Positions 32,601 to 44,798 of a DNA stretch of 64,000 nucleotides are shown one piece after another (the first letter of the stretch is position 1; each line of letters starts with the position of its first letter). Source of the stretch: Amoebophrya sp. A120 (lineage: Eukaryota > Protista > Dinoflagellata); assembly GCA_905178155.1 (NCBI GenBank), contig CAJINV010000022.1, positions 434,001 to 498,000 of the forward strand. Reading direction: 5' to 3'. The notes beneath the pieces are model-generated. The model worked only from the letters and a program-made list of their open reading frames with translations, did no database searches and was not told the DNA's origin. Both the position numbers and the translations under genes were made by a program.

Positions 32601-35006
32601 AAAGGTAGTGCGTCGGTTTGAACAGCAGAACGGTGCAGAGTTGGAAAAGGTTCTGTGGTTTGGCGGCAGAACCAAGCCGAGTTTTATTTACCAAAGTACC
32701 GAAAGCAGACCACCTGGCTACACCGGGCCGATTGGTTAAGAGTTTGGTAGTTGTCACGGTCTCAGCTGTTGCGTGAATTTATGACGCAATTGACGAAGAA
32801 AATGCATGGGAACGCTTTGCATGCTAAATTTGGCGGCGATTGTTCTTCTGGGAATAAAGCTGCTCAAGGGTTAATTTGTGTGCGAATGAATCAACTTGAT
32901 GCAGTGGATTGATTTTGAAGGCAATTGCGCAAGACAAATCACGAAACGGCTGAGCGCGTAACGATTGAAAATGGCATATGGTTATGCAGTTAGTGCTCTA
33001 CACAGATGCCGACTTTGTTCAAGTTCCGCACTTCTGCAGTAATCTTAGTACGCGAGGCAGAGGAAAAGTATCGCGCTCGATGTATTAGACAAAAGGCAGC
33101 GGATGGCAACAAACGAGAAGCATTCTGCAACGTTTTTCAGCTGGTCAATAGAGTCTATCTGCATTGCTTGGCTGCGTTAATTATTCCGAGCGCGGTACTT
33201 ATTTTGGCACAGGATATCCAAGATGGCCATAGCAAATCTGGGATTGACGAAATGGGACGAAAAGGACGCAGCGGCTGCCGTAGCGTGCTGGGTATGAAAG
33301 CTTCAAAGTAGAAATCTTTAGAGTGGAAATAATTTGCGAAGCATGAAATACATGGCAAATAAGATGGCGCTGCAAAGAACACAAGAAAGATGGATTATAG
33401 TGCCGCCAGGGGCTGAGAAATGATCTGTGTTAGCATCTATAATATGACCGGAGTCGCTTGTTTGCGTTGCGAAGCATTTCCACGCTCAAGATTTATAAGT
33501 TGAGGCGTTCATAGTCGACAAAAAATTACAACAAGTGCGGCGCAACGACTATACTAGCGCAGCACGCGTATCAACTGCAGATTTGTCTGGATCTGGAAGA
33601 CATCACTTGCGTTATGCTTGTCGAGAGTGTTTCCTAAATCTGTCATGCGCATTACCTCAGCGTTTTTCTGTTCTGTGATGCAGCAGCGCGGTTTGTCATG
33701 CTTCGCTTTGAAGCAACAGGCAAGCAGAAGCTGAGACTTGTACTGCTTAGCTAGCGCGTGCGGTTTCATTACGAGACGCCGCGCAGCATTACAAATGTCT
33801 AAATCCAGACACGTTCGCACTTGATAACGCAGGGCAGTTCACATTAGAATACGACGCGCAGGCTAGTTGTGTCGAGAAATACCGAGCATTTCAAGGACGT
33901 ACGGGCTTCGGCGGGATAATCACGCCCGTGGTGTTATGAAAGTCACAGGATCGAAATCGACAAAGTTGAGACAAGACGCAAGGCGCAGAATCGACAGGAG
34001 TGACCTCGGTGCGTTGTTTTTGCGTGCTTTGCAGAAAGGGCCCTTTGCATTCAAGTGGCCGCAGTTATGCATTAGAGACAGTCGCAACTTTGACGATTTC
34101 AATTGTGGCTCATGAATAAGGTTACGATGGCGCTTCTTCGTTTTTGGAGAGGAAGAAGTTGTTGACTTTTTGTAGGCCGCGCGCAATTGTTATAATTTCA
34201 AGCGTTGCAATGGAAGCTGTGGCGTATAATGCAAAATAGGAGCTATGTAGTTAATTTCTGTAGGATGGATTTTGCGCGGCAAGGTGTCGGGTTTGAATTG
34301 CCGCGATTTCTTTGCGATTTTGTGTATTGCGAGAAGTAGGAGGAGAACGCTGCGCAAGTTTGTCACGCTAGTCATGCCTCAAAGCCACAGCAGTTAGTTC
34401 CTTGCAACGCTTGAGATTGCAACGCTTGCGCAAGCTATACGCTTCACCCGGTGGCGCGCGGGATGTGCTATAGTCGCGTCGTTTGGTATGGTGTGCAAAA
34501 GTATGGCACTTGTATAAATGCAAGCGCTGCACTACGCAGATTTTTTATAGGTAAGCGAAGTCTACGGGTGGCGCGTTTGTATGTTGAAGAAGAAAAACCG
34601 CGGCGCATTTATACAAGTGCAATACTTTTGCCAATTATACTTAAGCGGTTGGAGCGTTTGGGAGTTTCAGGAAGCGCGAGATTTCCACGCACGGAATGGG
34701 TTCGATTTCTCCGCTATCAATTGCAAAAAGGTCGAGGTCTGGGAACTTGTGAGGTTAGTACCGCGAAAAAGTTGGGCTCTGTTTGCTGGGTATCGTGCTG
34801 GACAAATTTAACTTGCATGCTAGAGAAGCACGACAGGCATGCATAGTGCCAGACGTCGACACTTTTACACTTGATATCTTCGAAGCGCGTTGGACCTGCC
34901 TGTCGGGTGGCAGTTTAGTACAAACCGACGTCGACGCGCTGCGTTCGCGGCTACTGACTTCAAGCAAGTAGCGGGAGAGTTGTTGTCTGGAATCGTAAAC
35001 ACTTAA
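29659..35006 (+). CDS. Divergent superfamily 1 (Upf1/DNA2/NAM7-like) helicase, multi-exon
   Basis: After introner removal: Walker A TGY|AGSGKT; motif Ia VIFCAPSNSLCNEVAARI; motif III-like CEPEQLPAV..DLSLAVRL; QYR-like HLATEFRN; weak motif V/VI-like SVWEFQEARD and FSTNRRRRAAFAAT. Walker B not recognised; both ends approximate. Confidence 0.6.
29802..29972. mobile_element. Introner family K-like, degenerate
   Basis: DR ttcga/cttga; removal joins GPMLFD|GVEFAAYW in frame. Confidence 0.7.
30274..30435. mobile_element. Introner family M, splitting the helicase P-loop
   Basis: TIR TATCGCG.TGAAAAA..GACTATCAC; DR GTACG. Confidence 0.85.
30630..30891. mobile_element. Introner family A
   Basis: DR AGCGG; in-frame join ARA|DTKSTTYEV. 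Confidence 0.85.
31040..34876. mobile_element. Series of degenerate introners in the helicase gene
   Basis: Approximate positions: 31040-31326 (D), 31411-31658 (A), 31694-31862 (B), 31909-32173 (A), 32275-32535 (A), 33293-33513 (H), 33569-33826 (A), 33934-34195 (G-like), 34487-34639 (B), 34715-34876 (A). Confidence 0.6.
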
Positions 35007-36449
35007 AAAAAGCACTAACATACACGCACTGTGAGTGGTTTGCTGAATTTTTCTCGTAAGCAGCGTTACGGATGTTGTTATTTATGTTCTACCGAACAGA
35101 CTCGGTAGCGTTGAAGCTGCTGGGTAACTGTAGAGAAAAGATATCTACGATCGTGCAAAATGGGCAAAAGATTTCTAGCTCTATAAACAACGTCGGGCGG
35201 ACGTTGTGCGTTTTCTAAATTTGATGAAACTATACTACGCAGACGCAGTCTATAAGAGTTGCAAACTTGTTGAATGTGTTGACTCATAAGAAGCACGGCG
35301 CGTTTCGCATTGGGCGACAATTAAACAGGCGAAGGATGCAGGTTCTGGGTGTTCGTATGTAGTTGCTCCGCGTAGTGGTTTCATTTAGGATGATCGTGCG
35401 CGCGAAATTAAAGCGCTCGAGATTTTCGCCGTAGTCTTTAGAGCTCTTATGCTGGTCAGCGCGCAAATCAATGAAAAACAAGCGATCGACTGAAATTGAA
35501 ACACGGCGCAGCCGCGAGCTGTACGCATAAAATTTCGGCTGGGTTGATCATACAGCGAACGAATGCGCAACAGATTAAAGGTCATTAAAAACGAATGAGA
35601 TTGGATCAGCGTGGGTCTGCTAATCTTGTGGGCATTAGCGCGATGGCGCGCTGTGTATGTTCTAACAGAATGAATTACAACGAAGAACAGGCAAATGATT
35701 TCAGTAAGTAAATTAATGCAGTAAAGTCGTGGCTATGGCTAATGCAATCCGCCAACGAGTAAAAGGCGCCAGAGTTGGAAAAAGAAGCATTGGAGTCAGG
35801 GTAAAGCACTCGAGCAAGAAAATGCCGCGACGTAAATACTTGGTTGCTAGCAAAGTCATTGACTTCGGGCGCTCTTAAAATTTACGGCGTTGCTGTTAGA
35901 TTTTTGCGAAATTTTCTGTGAATAAATCTGACAGGGTACATCCGCCGCTATGTTGTTAGTGTAGCAATGTTGTAGATTGTTAGGCTAACTAGCGCAGCAG
36001 TTGGAGAAAGCGAGCAACTTCGTGAATTACATCGCTGCACATTACTGCGCATTTTGTTGATAGATTTTATTGCTGGCGTTCCGTTGTTGGCAAGTTTAGT
36101 CGCAAACTGTTGAGCGTACTTGGTGCCAGCCAAAAAAATGTCCTCGGAAAAGAAAACCATCACAGCGCCGCACAAAGATTGCGCGTGCGAGCAAGATAGT
36201 AACTGTGTGCAAATTTGCCGCGCGCGGTATGTGTTTCTGCGTGAAATATGAGAAATACCACAAGACACGCCTCAGCCGTTGGAGCTCTTTAGCAGTGTCA
36301 TGCATGAGCGTAACCAATGACAGACCAAACGAAGAGCGATGGCGTTTGACGCAAGTTCGTGCATTTACTTGGAGTAGTGTGGGTTGTTGTGCAAAATACT
36401 GCAACGGTTGAGCGCGTAGCATTTGCGAAGTGGATAAAGTACGTACTTC

Positions 36450-36803
36450 ATGTTTCAGGACATGACTGGACTGAAGGAAGAGGAAATCGCGGAAATCATC
36501 GCAAAACGGTTAAACGAAGCACCGGCCGGAATGTCTAGCGATTCGAAAAAAGGGTCGAAACACGAAAAAGCGAAAAAATCGCCGGGGATTTCGTCGCTAA
36601 CGACCCCGAGGCGTCTGCGTTATTTTCCCCCGAACCAGACTACCCCGGTGGAAGTGTCGTCCAGTGACGAAAGTGAACAAGCAACGAGCTCGAAAGCGAC
36701 GCCGTTGTTTAAGAAAATTAAGAAAGAGAGCGGCTCAGACGGTGACGATGACGACGATGATGGCCGTGGTCCGTTTTTTCGTAAGTTGGGACAGACGTCC
36801 TAG
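36450..36803 (+). CDS. Hypothetical small K/S/D-rich protein or terminal exon
   Basis: 117-aa ORF with protein-like composition. Confidence 0.4.
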   Translation: MFQDMTGLKEEEIAEIIAKRLNEAPAGMSSDSKKGSKHEKAKKSPGISSLTTPRRLRYFPPNQTTPVEVSSSDESEQATSSKATPLFKKIKKESGSDGDDDDDDGRGPFFRKLGQTS

Positions 36804-37173
36804 ACTCGGCAGCTGTTAGTTTGCGAACGTCCGGCAGACAACAAAATCGACGCAGTTTGAAAAACACGCCCCGACTGCAGAACGTTTCAAGTCAGCCGCT
36901 TTTGCTTCTTTTGCAAAAATGCGCAACGAGATGCAACGAGTTGCAGCCGTGTGGTTTCTGTGTGTTTGCCGTTAACCATATCAATACTACGAAAATAGAA
37001 CACGCCTCAGGGTGCAGATGTTTAGCGCTTTTAGAAGAGTAGACGACTTCGCATTGCACAGTGAGCGCGTCAGCGTATGGAAACACAAGCAGGAACAGTA
37101 TTAACGAAGTTGGTTGCTGAATTTTTAAAAAAAAAAAGCGAACGGATGACGCTAGTCGTTTGCGTTTGTCAAG

Positions 37174-38550
37174 ATGAACGAGAACGATTGCGCGACTAGT
37201 GTTCTCCTTAATGGAATCAAAAAGGACGCAAATAGTCGCAAACAAGACCGAAAACGAACAGCAGCAGCGAAGATGCATGGAAGCAGAGAGAGACTAAATC
37301 AGTTCCATCGATCTGAAGTGACAAAACAAACGCAACACGCGAAAAAATTCAAAAGTTCAGGAAATGTCGACTGTAGTGTGTGCACGCTTATGCCGGAGAT
37401 CATTGCGAAAATTAAGTCGCAAAATGCTCCGAAAAATGCGCAGCGACGCCTAAGGTGTGAGCTGTACGTAAATACTTCCGTGCTTATTACAATCAGGGAC
37501 AAGCAGGGCGCGCCGCCTGTTATTGCGCAGGTTAGTACTCACATGGCCAACATTACGTCGGGCACTATGGTAGAACAACAACAAGACGCGGAAAGTGTGC
37601 AAATTAGTGATCACGCGATGAATCTGATACGTTCGCGCTTCTGTATTGAAGCACTCGGAGACTCGATAGCGATGCCTGTTTTAGAATCCAAAGACTACGA
37701 CTCGTGGATTTGCTATGAGGTGCCGCATGTTCCGCTGGATGCGTTTAAAAATTGGCTGCACACTGTCACGGAGATGCCGACACTAATTCCAGGAATCATG
37801 CGGTGCGCAGACTGGTGCGGACGTTTCTCGCCATATCCCCAAACTTGTGCACATTGTAATGCTTCTGGATGGTTAACGATTACCAAGAGCGAGCTTATTA
37901 CTTTAGAAACGGTTCTGGAGCTCTACACTCGACCAGAATGGCCGCCAGCTCTGGACTACTGCCGCGTGAGTACGCACGCGGAAAAGATGCTGGACAGTCG
38001 TGAACCAGAGTCGGGCTATGTTGTCCCTTGCGCACACATTTAGAATGAACAAAGAGCGGACGCGTATTGGGTGTACGTTATGCGAAACAGCGCCAAAATT
38101 TTTGCGGCATCGACGTACGAGATGGATTGGGGTCGTTGGGCTGAACAAGTATACTTTTTGACGGGGTACCTGAAAGAATACAAGCGCGACGCAGATTCGC
38201 AGTCTGCCTTTTATCGGACATGCGAGCAGGCGGCTACGTGTGGGCTGTATGGTCGTCCAATTGCGCCCGGGTCCAACAAAGTTGCCAGAGGGTTGGAACA
38301 CAAATTCGAAGTAAGCGAGGACGGTCGCGGCGTCGACTTATTTCTGGTGAACAAAGGGATGCAGGCTGGAGTGTGGGTCAAGAAAAATTTCGAGGCGTAC
38401 GGGCATAGCGTTACTGCTGCGAAGTTTATGTCGAACGCAGCAAGCAGCTGGTCCATGCCGCGGATTGCGTGCGGAAATTGGTGCAACGGGTTTGACGTAG
38501 GGCATTGCGTTTGTGTTTTGGCGAATTTGCGAAATGACAAATACCAGTAA
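37174..38550 (+). CDS. Cys-rich hypothetical protein in two in-frame ORFs separated by one TAG (38041-43)
   Basis: 289-aa ORF continues in frame after TAG for 168 more codons; both halves carry CxxWCxxF..C motifs. Confidence 0.5.
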
Positions 38551-39303
38551 AATCATAAAGGCGCGCGGCAGTTGTTTTCGTTCAATGTGCGCGGACGAAC
38601 ACACCCGGCGCAGGCGCTCTCGTATTATTTTCGTGATGTTTGCCATGTGAAGACTATGACCATTGCAATGTCGAGGCGGTTAAGTGACCGAGAGCACGAC
38701 CAACGTCTGTGCTTTTCGCTCCAAGTAGTGCGCCAATCGGTGGCCCGTGAAAACTGTGCGACGTGTTCTTGGTTAGTTTTCATGTATAGCGATCAAACCG
38801 CACGGCTAAAGATCTGCCTGGCTAGAAACAGGAAAGAAAAGCGAGCAGATCGGTAAAAATTGCAAAACGATCAAAAAACTGGCTCCGTTCAACATAGCAG
38901 GCGCGGCGAATGGCTTGCCAGTACGTAGCGCGATCAGCATGGCAGTGCCTGACTCAAATAAATAGTCGCGGGCTGTGTTCTTAACCTATGGCAACGCTGC
39001 GGCTGCAGCAGTGCCGAGCGCGTGACTTTGGTCAAAGAACGTCGCTCGAGGTATGGCGTTGCGCCTAGTGATGAGAAATCAGCTCACGAATTGTTTTGCT
39101 CTGTTTGATTGTTTTATATGAACCATTGACCACAGGGAAACTAGCTTCGCGCGTCTAGTGTGATTAGTTGCTTAGCCTCGTAGCGCGTATCTGTAGCAAA
39201 TTTGTGAGATTGTAGCGGTTTGGTATTTTTCTAGTTTCGATAGAAAGTATTATAGTGCTGCTGCTTTTTAGGTCTTACACGGAAAACATTCGCAAAAAAA
39301 AAA

Positions 39304-40317
39304 ATGCCATCCGGAATCCAATGCGTGGACTGCCAGTCTTGGCTGACAATCTCTCGGGAAGTGAAGGAGGCAGTTCTGGACGACCCGTCGAAGTATTACT
39401 GTTACGCATGTGATTTTTCTTTTTGTTTTTGTACTATTCTGCGGCAGTTGCGTTACAATGAAAAGAAAAAAAGGCGAAAGAATGAAAATGAATGCGATGA
39501 AATGGCTACTGCAGGTGGAATCTTTTCGATAAAAAGCCCACGAACAGCGACTGGCTGCAGTGCACTTGCTGCCACACGTATCAGAGCAAAAGGTCTACGG
39601 TTACGCACAGGCCCGAGAAAATTGCGGAAATTTTTTGCATGAAAAGCGCAGCGTTGCGCATGTGATGCTGAGCGCGGCAGTTGTTGCTTATGTTATCGGG
39701 TGGCAGTGCAATAAAAAAAGCGCGCTGTAGTGTTGATCGAGATAAAGAGACCGCGGAGCTCGCCGTACGGCGTGCCTGTAGATCGTTTGCGTTCTGATAG
39801 CGCGTGGCTTCAATTTACCGTGACCGGATACATGTATCAAATGCAAAAGGGTCGACGTCAAGAAAGTTGGCAACTGTGTTGGCATACATGCGAAATAAAG
39901 GAGCAAGATCGTTATAGTGTGGCGCGACTCGCGCTATTTTTATGAAAGTGCGCATGTTTGGCATTACGAGCGAAGCAGCACGCGCACGACTATGTTGCCA
40001 GTTTTCTAGTAGTTGACACGTTTGCACGCGATAATTGGGACGAGTTTACTAAAAAGTTCGTGGATTTGACAAAGAAGCCGCGGGGAAATCGTTGGGCGCG
40101 CAAAAGTGAAAACGTCGAAACTAATAGCGGCAGCGTTGGCCAGATTGGGGAAAAATGTGCAGAAGCGGCACCCACGACGTTGCCGAAATCTGGAAAACGG
40201 CGCAAACAAACCAAAGAAAAAGAAGTAAACGCAACAGATTCGGCGAACAAAAAAACAGAAGACACGAAGCAGCCAAAATCCGAAAAGAATCTGACTGGTG
40301 TAAAATTCGGGCTATAA
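39304..40317 (+). CDS. Possible small zinc-finger protein with degenerate introners
   Basis: MPSGIQCVDC..CYAC..CFC; A-like intron starts near 39579 and 39835; K-rich downstream ORF 39958-40317. Confidence 0.3.
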
Positions 40318-41096
40318 ACCAGCACAGAGCTGCTTTTGTCTTCATTTTTGTTACATTGAAACGATGCGACGCGAGGGCAAGTGACTAAAAAGCAACAGAA
40401 AGAGCGCGGATAAAGGTAAGGCACAAACTCGAACGCATTAAGTGCAATGCGCGAACTCTGTATGCCCGCAATTGTGTTCGACGGAGTTTCTCGCTCTAAA
40501 TTTGCTGCGGAGGCGCGCACGCGTTCGGTGTCGCGAGTGGTGATAAATTTCAGCGAATGGCACAGGAGGAAATAGCAACGCCCACAAAATTGGCAATGAT
40601 CGGCGTAAAATGGTTGCCGTGTGTAATGTCGAAGGATCAAAAAAAAAATGGCGGCAATGCTAACCAAAGCACCGAGATCGCTAAAATTCGAGCAAATTGA
40701 AACGAGATCCCGAGCAACAGAATAAAAAGCGGCGGAAGCGTATAAAAATCGAAGACAATATGCCGACACGTTGGCATAGCAATTTTTTTACTACTGCAAT
40801 GCTTGTAGTTTAGGCGCCGGGTAATAATTATTCGCGTGATTTGACTACTTCAGGGGATTGATGTTATTAGTCTTTGCGATTATTCCGTTAGACTAATGCT
40901 TTGCTTTCGCATACTTTGTAACCATTTTGCTCATTCTTGTTGTCCATTGGTAAGCATTACTCTTTTCTTTTTTCTTGGTTACATAGCATACCGCTTCAGT
41001 TTTTCCTGTTTTTTAGCATTCAAAAAATTGACAACGGTTTCGGTGTTTGGTATTTTTCAACTTTCAACGTCTTCGGACTTCCAAAACACGCAAGCA

Positions 41097-41816
41097 ATGG
41101 CGCCGGTTCAACCCTTGACCTCGAAACAGAAAAAAAAAGCGCGCAAGCGCGCGGAAAAAACTTCGAATGACGACGACGACCAACCGCATGCCATTGGCGT
41201 TGATGTTGTGACTGACGAAAAACCGAAGAAAAAGCACAAAAAACAGCCGACAGCAGTCGTAGAAGAAAGCACGGAAGTGCTGCAGAACAAACACAAGGAA
41301 AAGGCGAAGCAGAAATGGTATGACGAACATGCAAAAAAACACAAAAAGCAGACCGAACAGAAAAAGTGCGGCGCTACTGTGTCCGAGGCGGCGGCTGTGC
41401 CGAAAAAAGAGGACGGAGATGAGTGCTCGACTGTGGAAGATGATGTGTATGACGATGGTGATGGTTTGCGCAACGCGTGGACGATTCCGGGGCAGAATCC
41501 CGCGGGGCACATGGATCAACAGCAAACGAACTTGGTAGAACGGCGCGAAGATTTGCGGCTGCGGATTCTTTGCACAATGCTTACCCGCGACGTCCTCATA
41601 CCCCGAAAAGCACACGGCAACGCTTCATACGTCGCACCTTACGCGCTTGCTCGCTGCTCCGCTTTTGCGCGATTGTGTTCCGGAATGCTGCGGCAGTGTA
41701 CTGCTCTAGATTCTTGCTCAGCCGACGACCTTGACAATTTGACAAACCGCGAGACGTTGCTAATTCTCCAGTCCGCTTGTCGTGGTCGCAGCATTGTTTT
41801 GAGGTTTTTGATCTGA
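41097..41816 (+). CDS. Hypothetical Lys-rich protein (intronless)
   Basis: MAPVQPLTSKQKKKARKR..., 239 aa. Confidence 0.5.
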   Translation: MAPVQPLTSKQKKKARKRAEKTSNDDDDQPHAIGVDVVTDEKPKKKHKKQPTAVVEESTEVLQNKHKEKAKQKWYDEHAKKHKKQTEQKKCGATVSEAAAVPKKEDGDECSTVEDDVYDDGDGLRNAWTIPGQNPAGHMDQQQTNLVERREDLRLRILCTMLTRDVLIPRKAHGNASYVAPYALARCSAFARLCSGMLRQCTALDSCSADDLDNLTNRETLLILQSACRGRSIVLRFLI

Positions 41817-41994
41817 TTTGTGCACCGTTTTGCGCGTGCCGCTACAGAGCCGCTGGCTTCGGTGCCTTTTTGTACCGTTTCGCAAACTGATGGGGCAACT
41901 TGCGCGCATTTTGATCCATTTTCACCAATATGCAGCAAATTTGCGCGTTTTCGTGCTTTTTGCATAGCTTTCGCGGTCATTTTGCTGCTTTTGT

Positions 41995-42235
41995 TATCGA
42001 ATTAAGCCAAAACAGTGCCACTTTCGCCGTTTGCGATGCTACTGGCTGTATTTGTTGCGTTTTTGATTCGTTTGGAATTGAACAAAGCCAAAACGGTGCC
42101 GCTTTTGCCCGTTTGCAATGCTACTGGTTGTATTTGTTGCGTTTTTGACTGTTTTGGAATTGAACTAAGCCAAAACAGTGCCGCTTTTGTTTCTTTGCAA
42201 TGCTAGGGGCTACATTTGTTGCGTTTTTGAATGAT
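41995..42235. repeat. Three tandem copies of a ~80-bp unit
   Basis: AAGCCAAAAC.GTGCC.CTTT..TTTGC.ATGCTA..ATTTGTTGCGTTTTTGA x3. Confidence 0.85.
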
Positions 42236-42559
42236 TTGCAGCGTTTTCGATGTCATTTTGCACGATTTCGCATGCTATTGACTTAATTTGCGCGCATTTT
42301 GTCCCGTTTGCTTTACAAAAACGCAGGCCCGAACCGCAACAATTTGCGAAATTTCGGCGAATATTCGCGGATTTTTTTTCGTCGCAATTTCCTCGATTTG
42401 GAACGTTTTTCGTGGCTTTTGCCATCGTTTTGACGTTTTTGCATCGATTTTTGCACCATTTTGCAAGTTTTGCATCGAGAAAAATTCAGCGATTTTCGGT
42501 TCGTGTCTTGCATGTTTCGTAACATAATTTATAACTGTAAACACTTTTTTCTTGCGATA

Positions 42560-44798
42560 TCTACGGAAGTTCCTGAGCAGGCACTTGAATAACGTCGTAG
42601 ACCGCCGTATGCATTGCAAATATGTCGAGATCTGGAAGCGGCGGAGGTTCAGTTTGTCATGCTAGATCTGGGCCGTGCTCGTGACGCATCAATCTGTATT
42701 GCGTGAGCAGCAAAAGCCAGCCTTTTTTGGGCACTCGAAGATGGCAGTTCTCCTGGGGGATGGGCCTTGCGGGACCTCCTCGAAACTTGTAATGCTACAG
42801 CTCGTATTCTAATCCAGACCTTAATTCTAGATCTAGGCCATGTGAAACGTGCATGACAACCTTCCAGAAGTTCAGGGCGCCCAATTTTTATGTTGCGCAA
42901 GATAATGATAAGCTTAGTTTGACAACCTACTGAATTTTTCATTCTAGTAGTGGACGTATAAACAATAGCATATGTTTATATAATATTCTCTCTCAACTTA
43001 AAATCTACAGTGGTTGTCCTTTTTTGCATTTACAAACTTAAGTCGTTCGCTTCCCGGTGCTGTGCCATGGTCTTGCTTCCAGACAAAACACCAGACAACA
43101 TATTTGCTTTTGATACGCCTCAAACAGGGCCGAGCTGCCTGCGAGCGGGCCGAAGAAAGGAGGAAGGAGCAGGAAAGTAAGTTATCGTTGCTGGAAAAGT
43201 CTGTTCGCAGAAAAGAGGCTGAGATAAAAGTTGTAAACGGCAGTGCGAAGCTCGAACTGGAGCCCTATTCCCCGCTGGCGTGGGAGATGGAAGCGGCCCG
43301 TCAGAGCTACAATGATCAAGTGCCGCGTACGCCGCCGGCCGAACTAATGGGTTCTTTTCGAAAACAAGCGATAAAAGCTGGGCGTCGACGTCCGTCGCCT
43401 CTTGTGGTCCCGGAACTACAACAAGGTGGTAGTTCTCCAAATGTTGACGACCCCATATGGTTCTCGCCTCTTGTGGTCCCGGAACTACAACAAGGTGGTT
43501 CTCCAAATGTTGACAAGGACGCGTCTACTTCGGGAAGCCACCAGCACGCAGTTCTCCGACATCAAGGGGGTGGCGTCAATGACAATGCAGCAGCCGAGAG
43601 AAAGAGAAAGCGCGAAGCCGTGCGAGCCGGGAACAACGAAGGTGCAGCTAGCACCTCGGATTCGGCTTGCGCGCCAGAATCGGTCGAGCGCCGTAGCCGT
43701 TCGCGGTCAGCAGGACGACCACGGCGGTCGGCAGGAGGACGACGAGCCGCTGGGGGCGATACCGATACGAGACGTCCGCAGGGCAGCGAGGAGCGGATGA
43801 CTGGCACGGATGGACATGGAACTCCTCGTGGTCCCGTCGCTGATGTTTCCACGCGGATTCCGACCACGGGCAGAAGCCGCAGTCGCTCCAGCCGCTCGTC
43901 GCGCCCCCGTAGTTTGGTCAGGGGTCGTAGTTGTGCTACCACTAGTACCTCACGCGGTGGCCCCTCCACCCGGGACCATCAAGACCGCCGCCCTGCCAGA
44001 GAAGCTGCAGCCACGGACGAGCGGCCCGGAGTTCTTGTTGTAGATCCACGACCAGGAGTGCGAGAAACCAGTGGCCAGGCACATGCTTTATTCCAGCCCG
44101 CGTCGGCGGACGCAACCATCGCAGAGAAGCTGTCAAGGGGGTTGTGGCGTGTTTGGTTTCATCTGATGGAGGAACAGCATCAAACCGAGTCCGAATTATC
44201 ATCCGATGTTTCAGCAGCAAATACTAGTGGCACCACTGCAGTTCATCTTGAGCAGAGAGGACCAGCACGAGAACCAGCTGTAGCAGCCGTCACTGGGCTA
44301 CATCCAACAGAACTACAAACACCGGCCTCGCCTCGCACCGGTCGTGGTGCACCAGCGGTGCTAGACGAAAGCAATCCCGCTGAGAGGACAAGGACGAGGA
44401 CCACCGCGAGGTATTCCCATTTCCTTCTGTGGCGGGGGCTGGATTTGATTTCCAGGCTGCGGTTTGTTCGACACAAAGACGCCGAGGAGTTTAGAAGTTC
44501 GGACAGCTGCGCAGCCGGCGAGGATCTTAGCGGCACGCCTGTTGCACGACCAGAGGATCGTGGAGAAGGTACTTCTCACCACGCATCAACCGACGTGGTC
44601 CTCGAGGAGGACGCAGCACCGGAAAGTAGAACCGAGGATGGCAACAAGAGCCAAACATTGTCGTGGGCTCAGCGCTCGAAGCCTTTGGTCGACCTGATGC
44701 GCCCGTATGTGAACTCAGTGTTGCAGCTCGGCTCCATCGCGACCGGAGCAGGCCTGAGAAATCAGCCTTTGGAGCTTATTGAGGTGGGCTTTGGGTAG
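42560..44798 (+). CDS. Low-complexity/disordered hypothetical protein; exons 42560-42607 and 43116-44798; 5' part not found
   Basis: Removing 42608-43115 joins LRKFLSRHLNNVVDR|LKQGRAACERAEERRK in frame; duplicated SPLVVPELQQGG.SPNVD motif; RS-rich. Confidence 0.65.
42608..43115. mobile_element. Introner family A, degenerate and lengthened
   Basis: TATGCATTGCAAATATG...CATATTTGCTTTTGATA; DR cgccg/cgcct. Confidence 0.7.

Noticed and set aside
29659-35006. Helicase as the Helitron RepHel mobilising the nested elements
   Set aside because: Motifs (CAPSN, QLP..SL.RL) are Upf1-like rather than Pif1-like, and no HUH/Rep motifs were seen.
25170-42559. A single 17-kb introner spanning the island
   Set aside because: The flanking 5-mers do not match and the flanking exons are on opposite strands.
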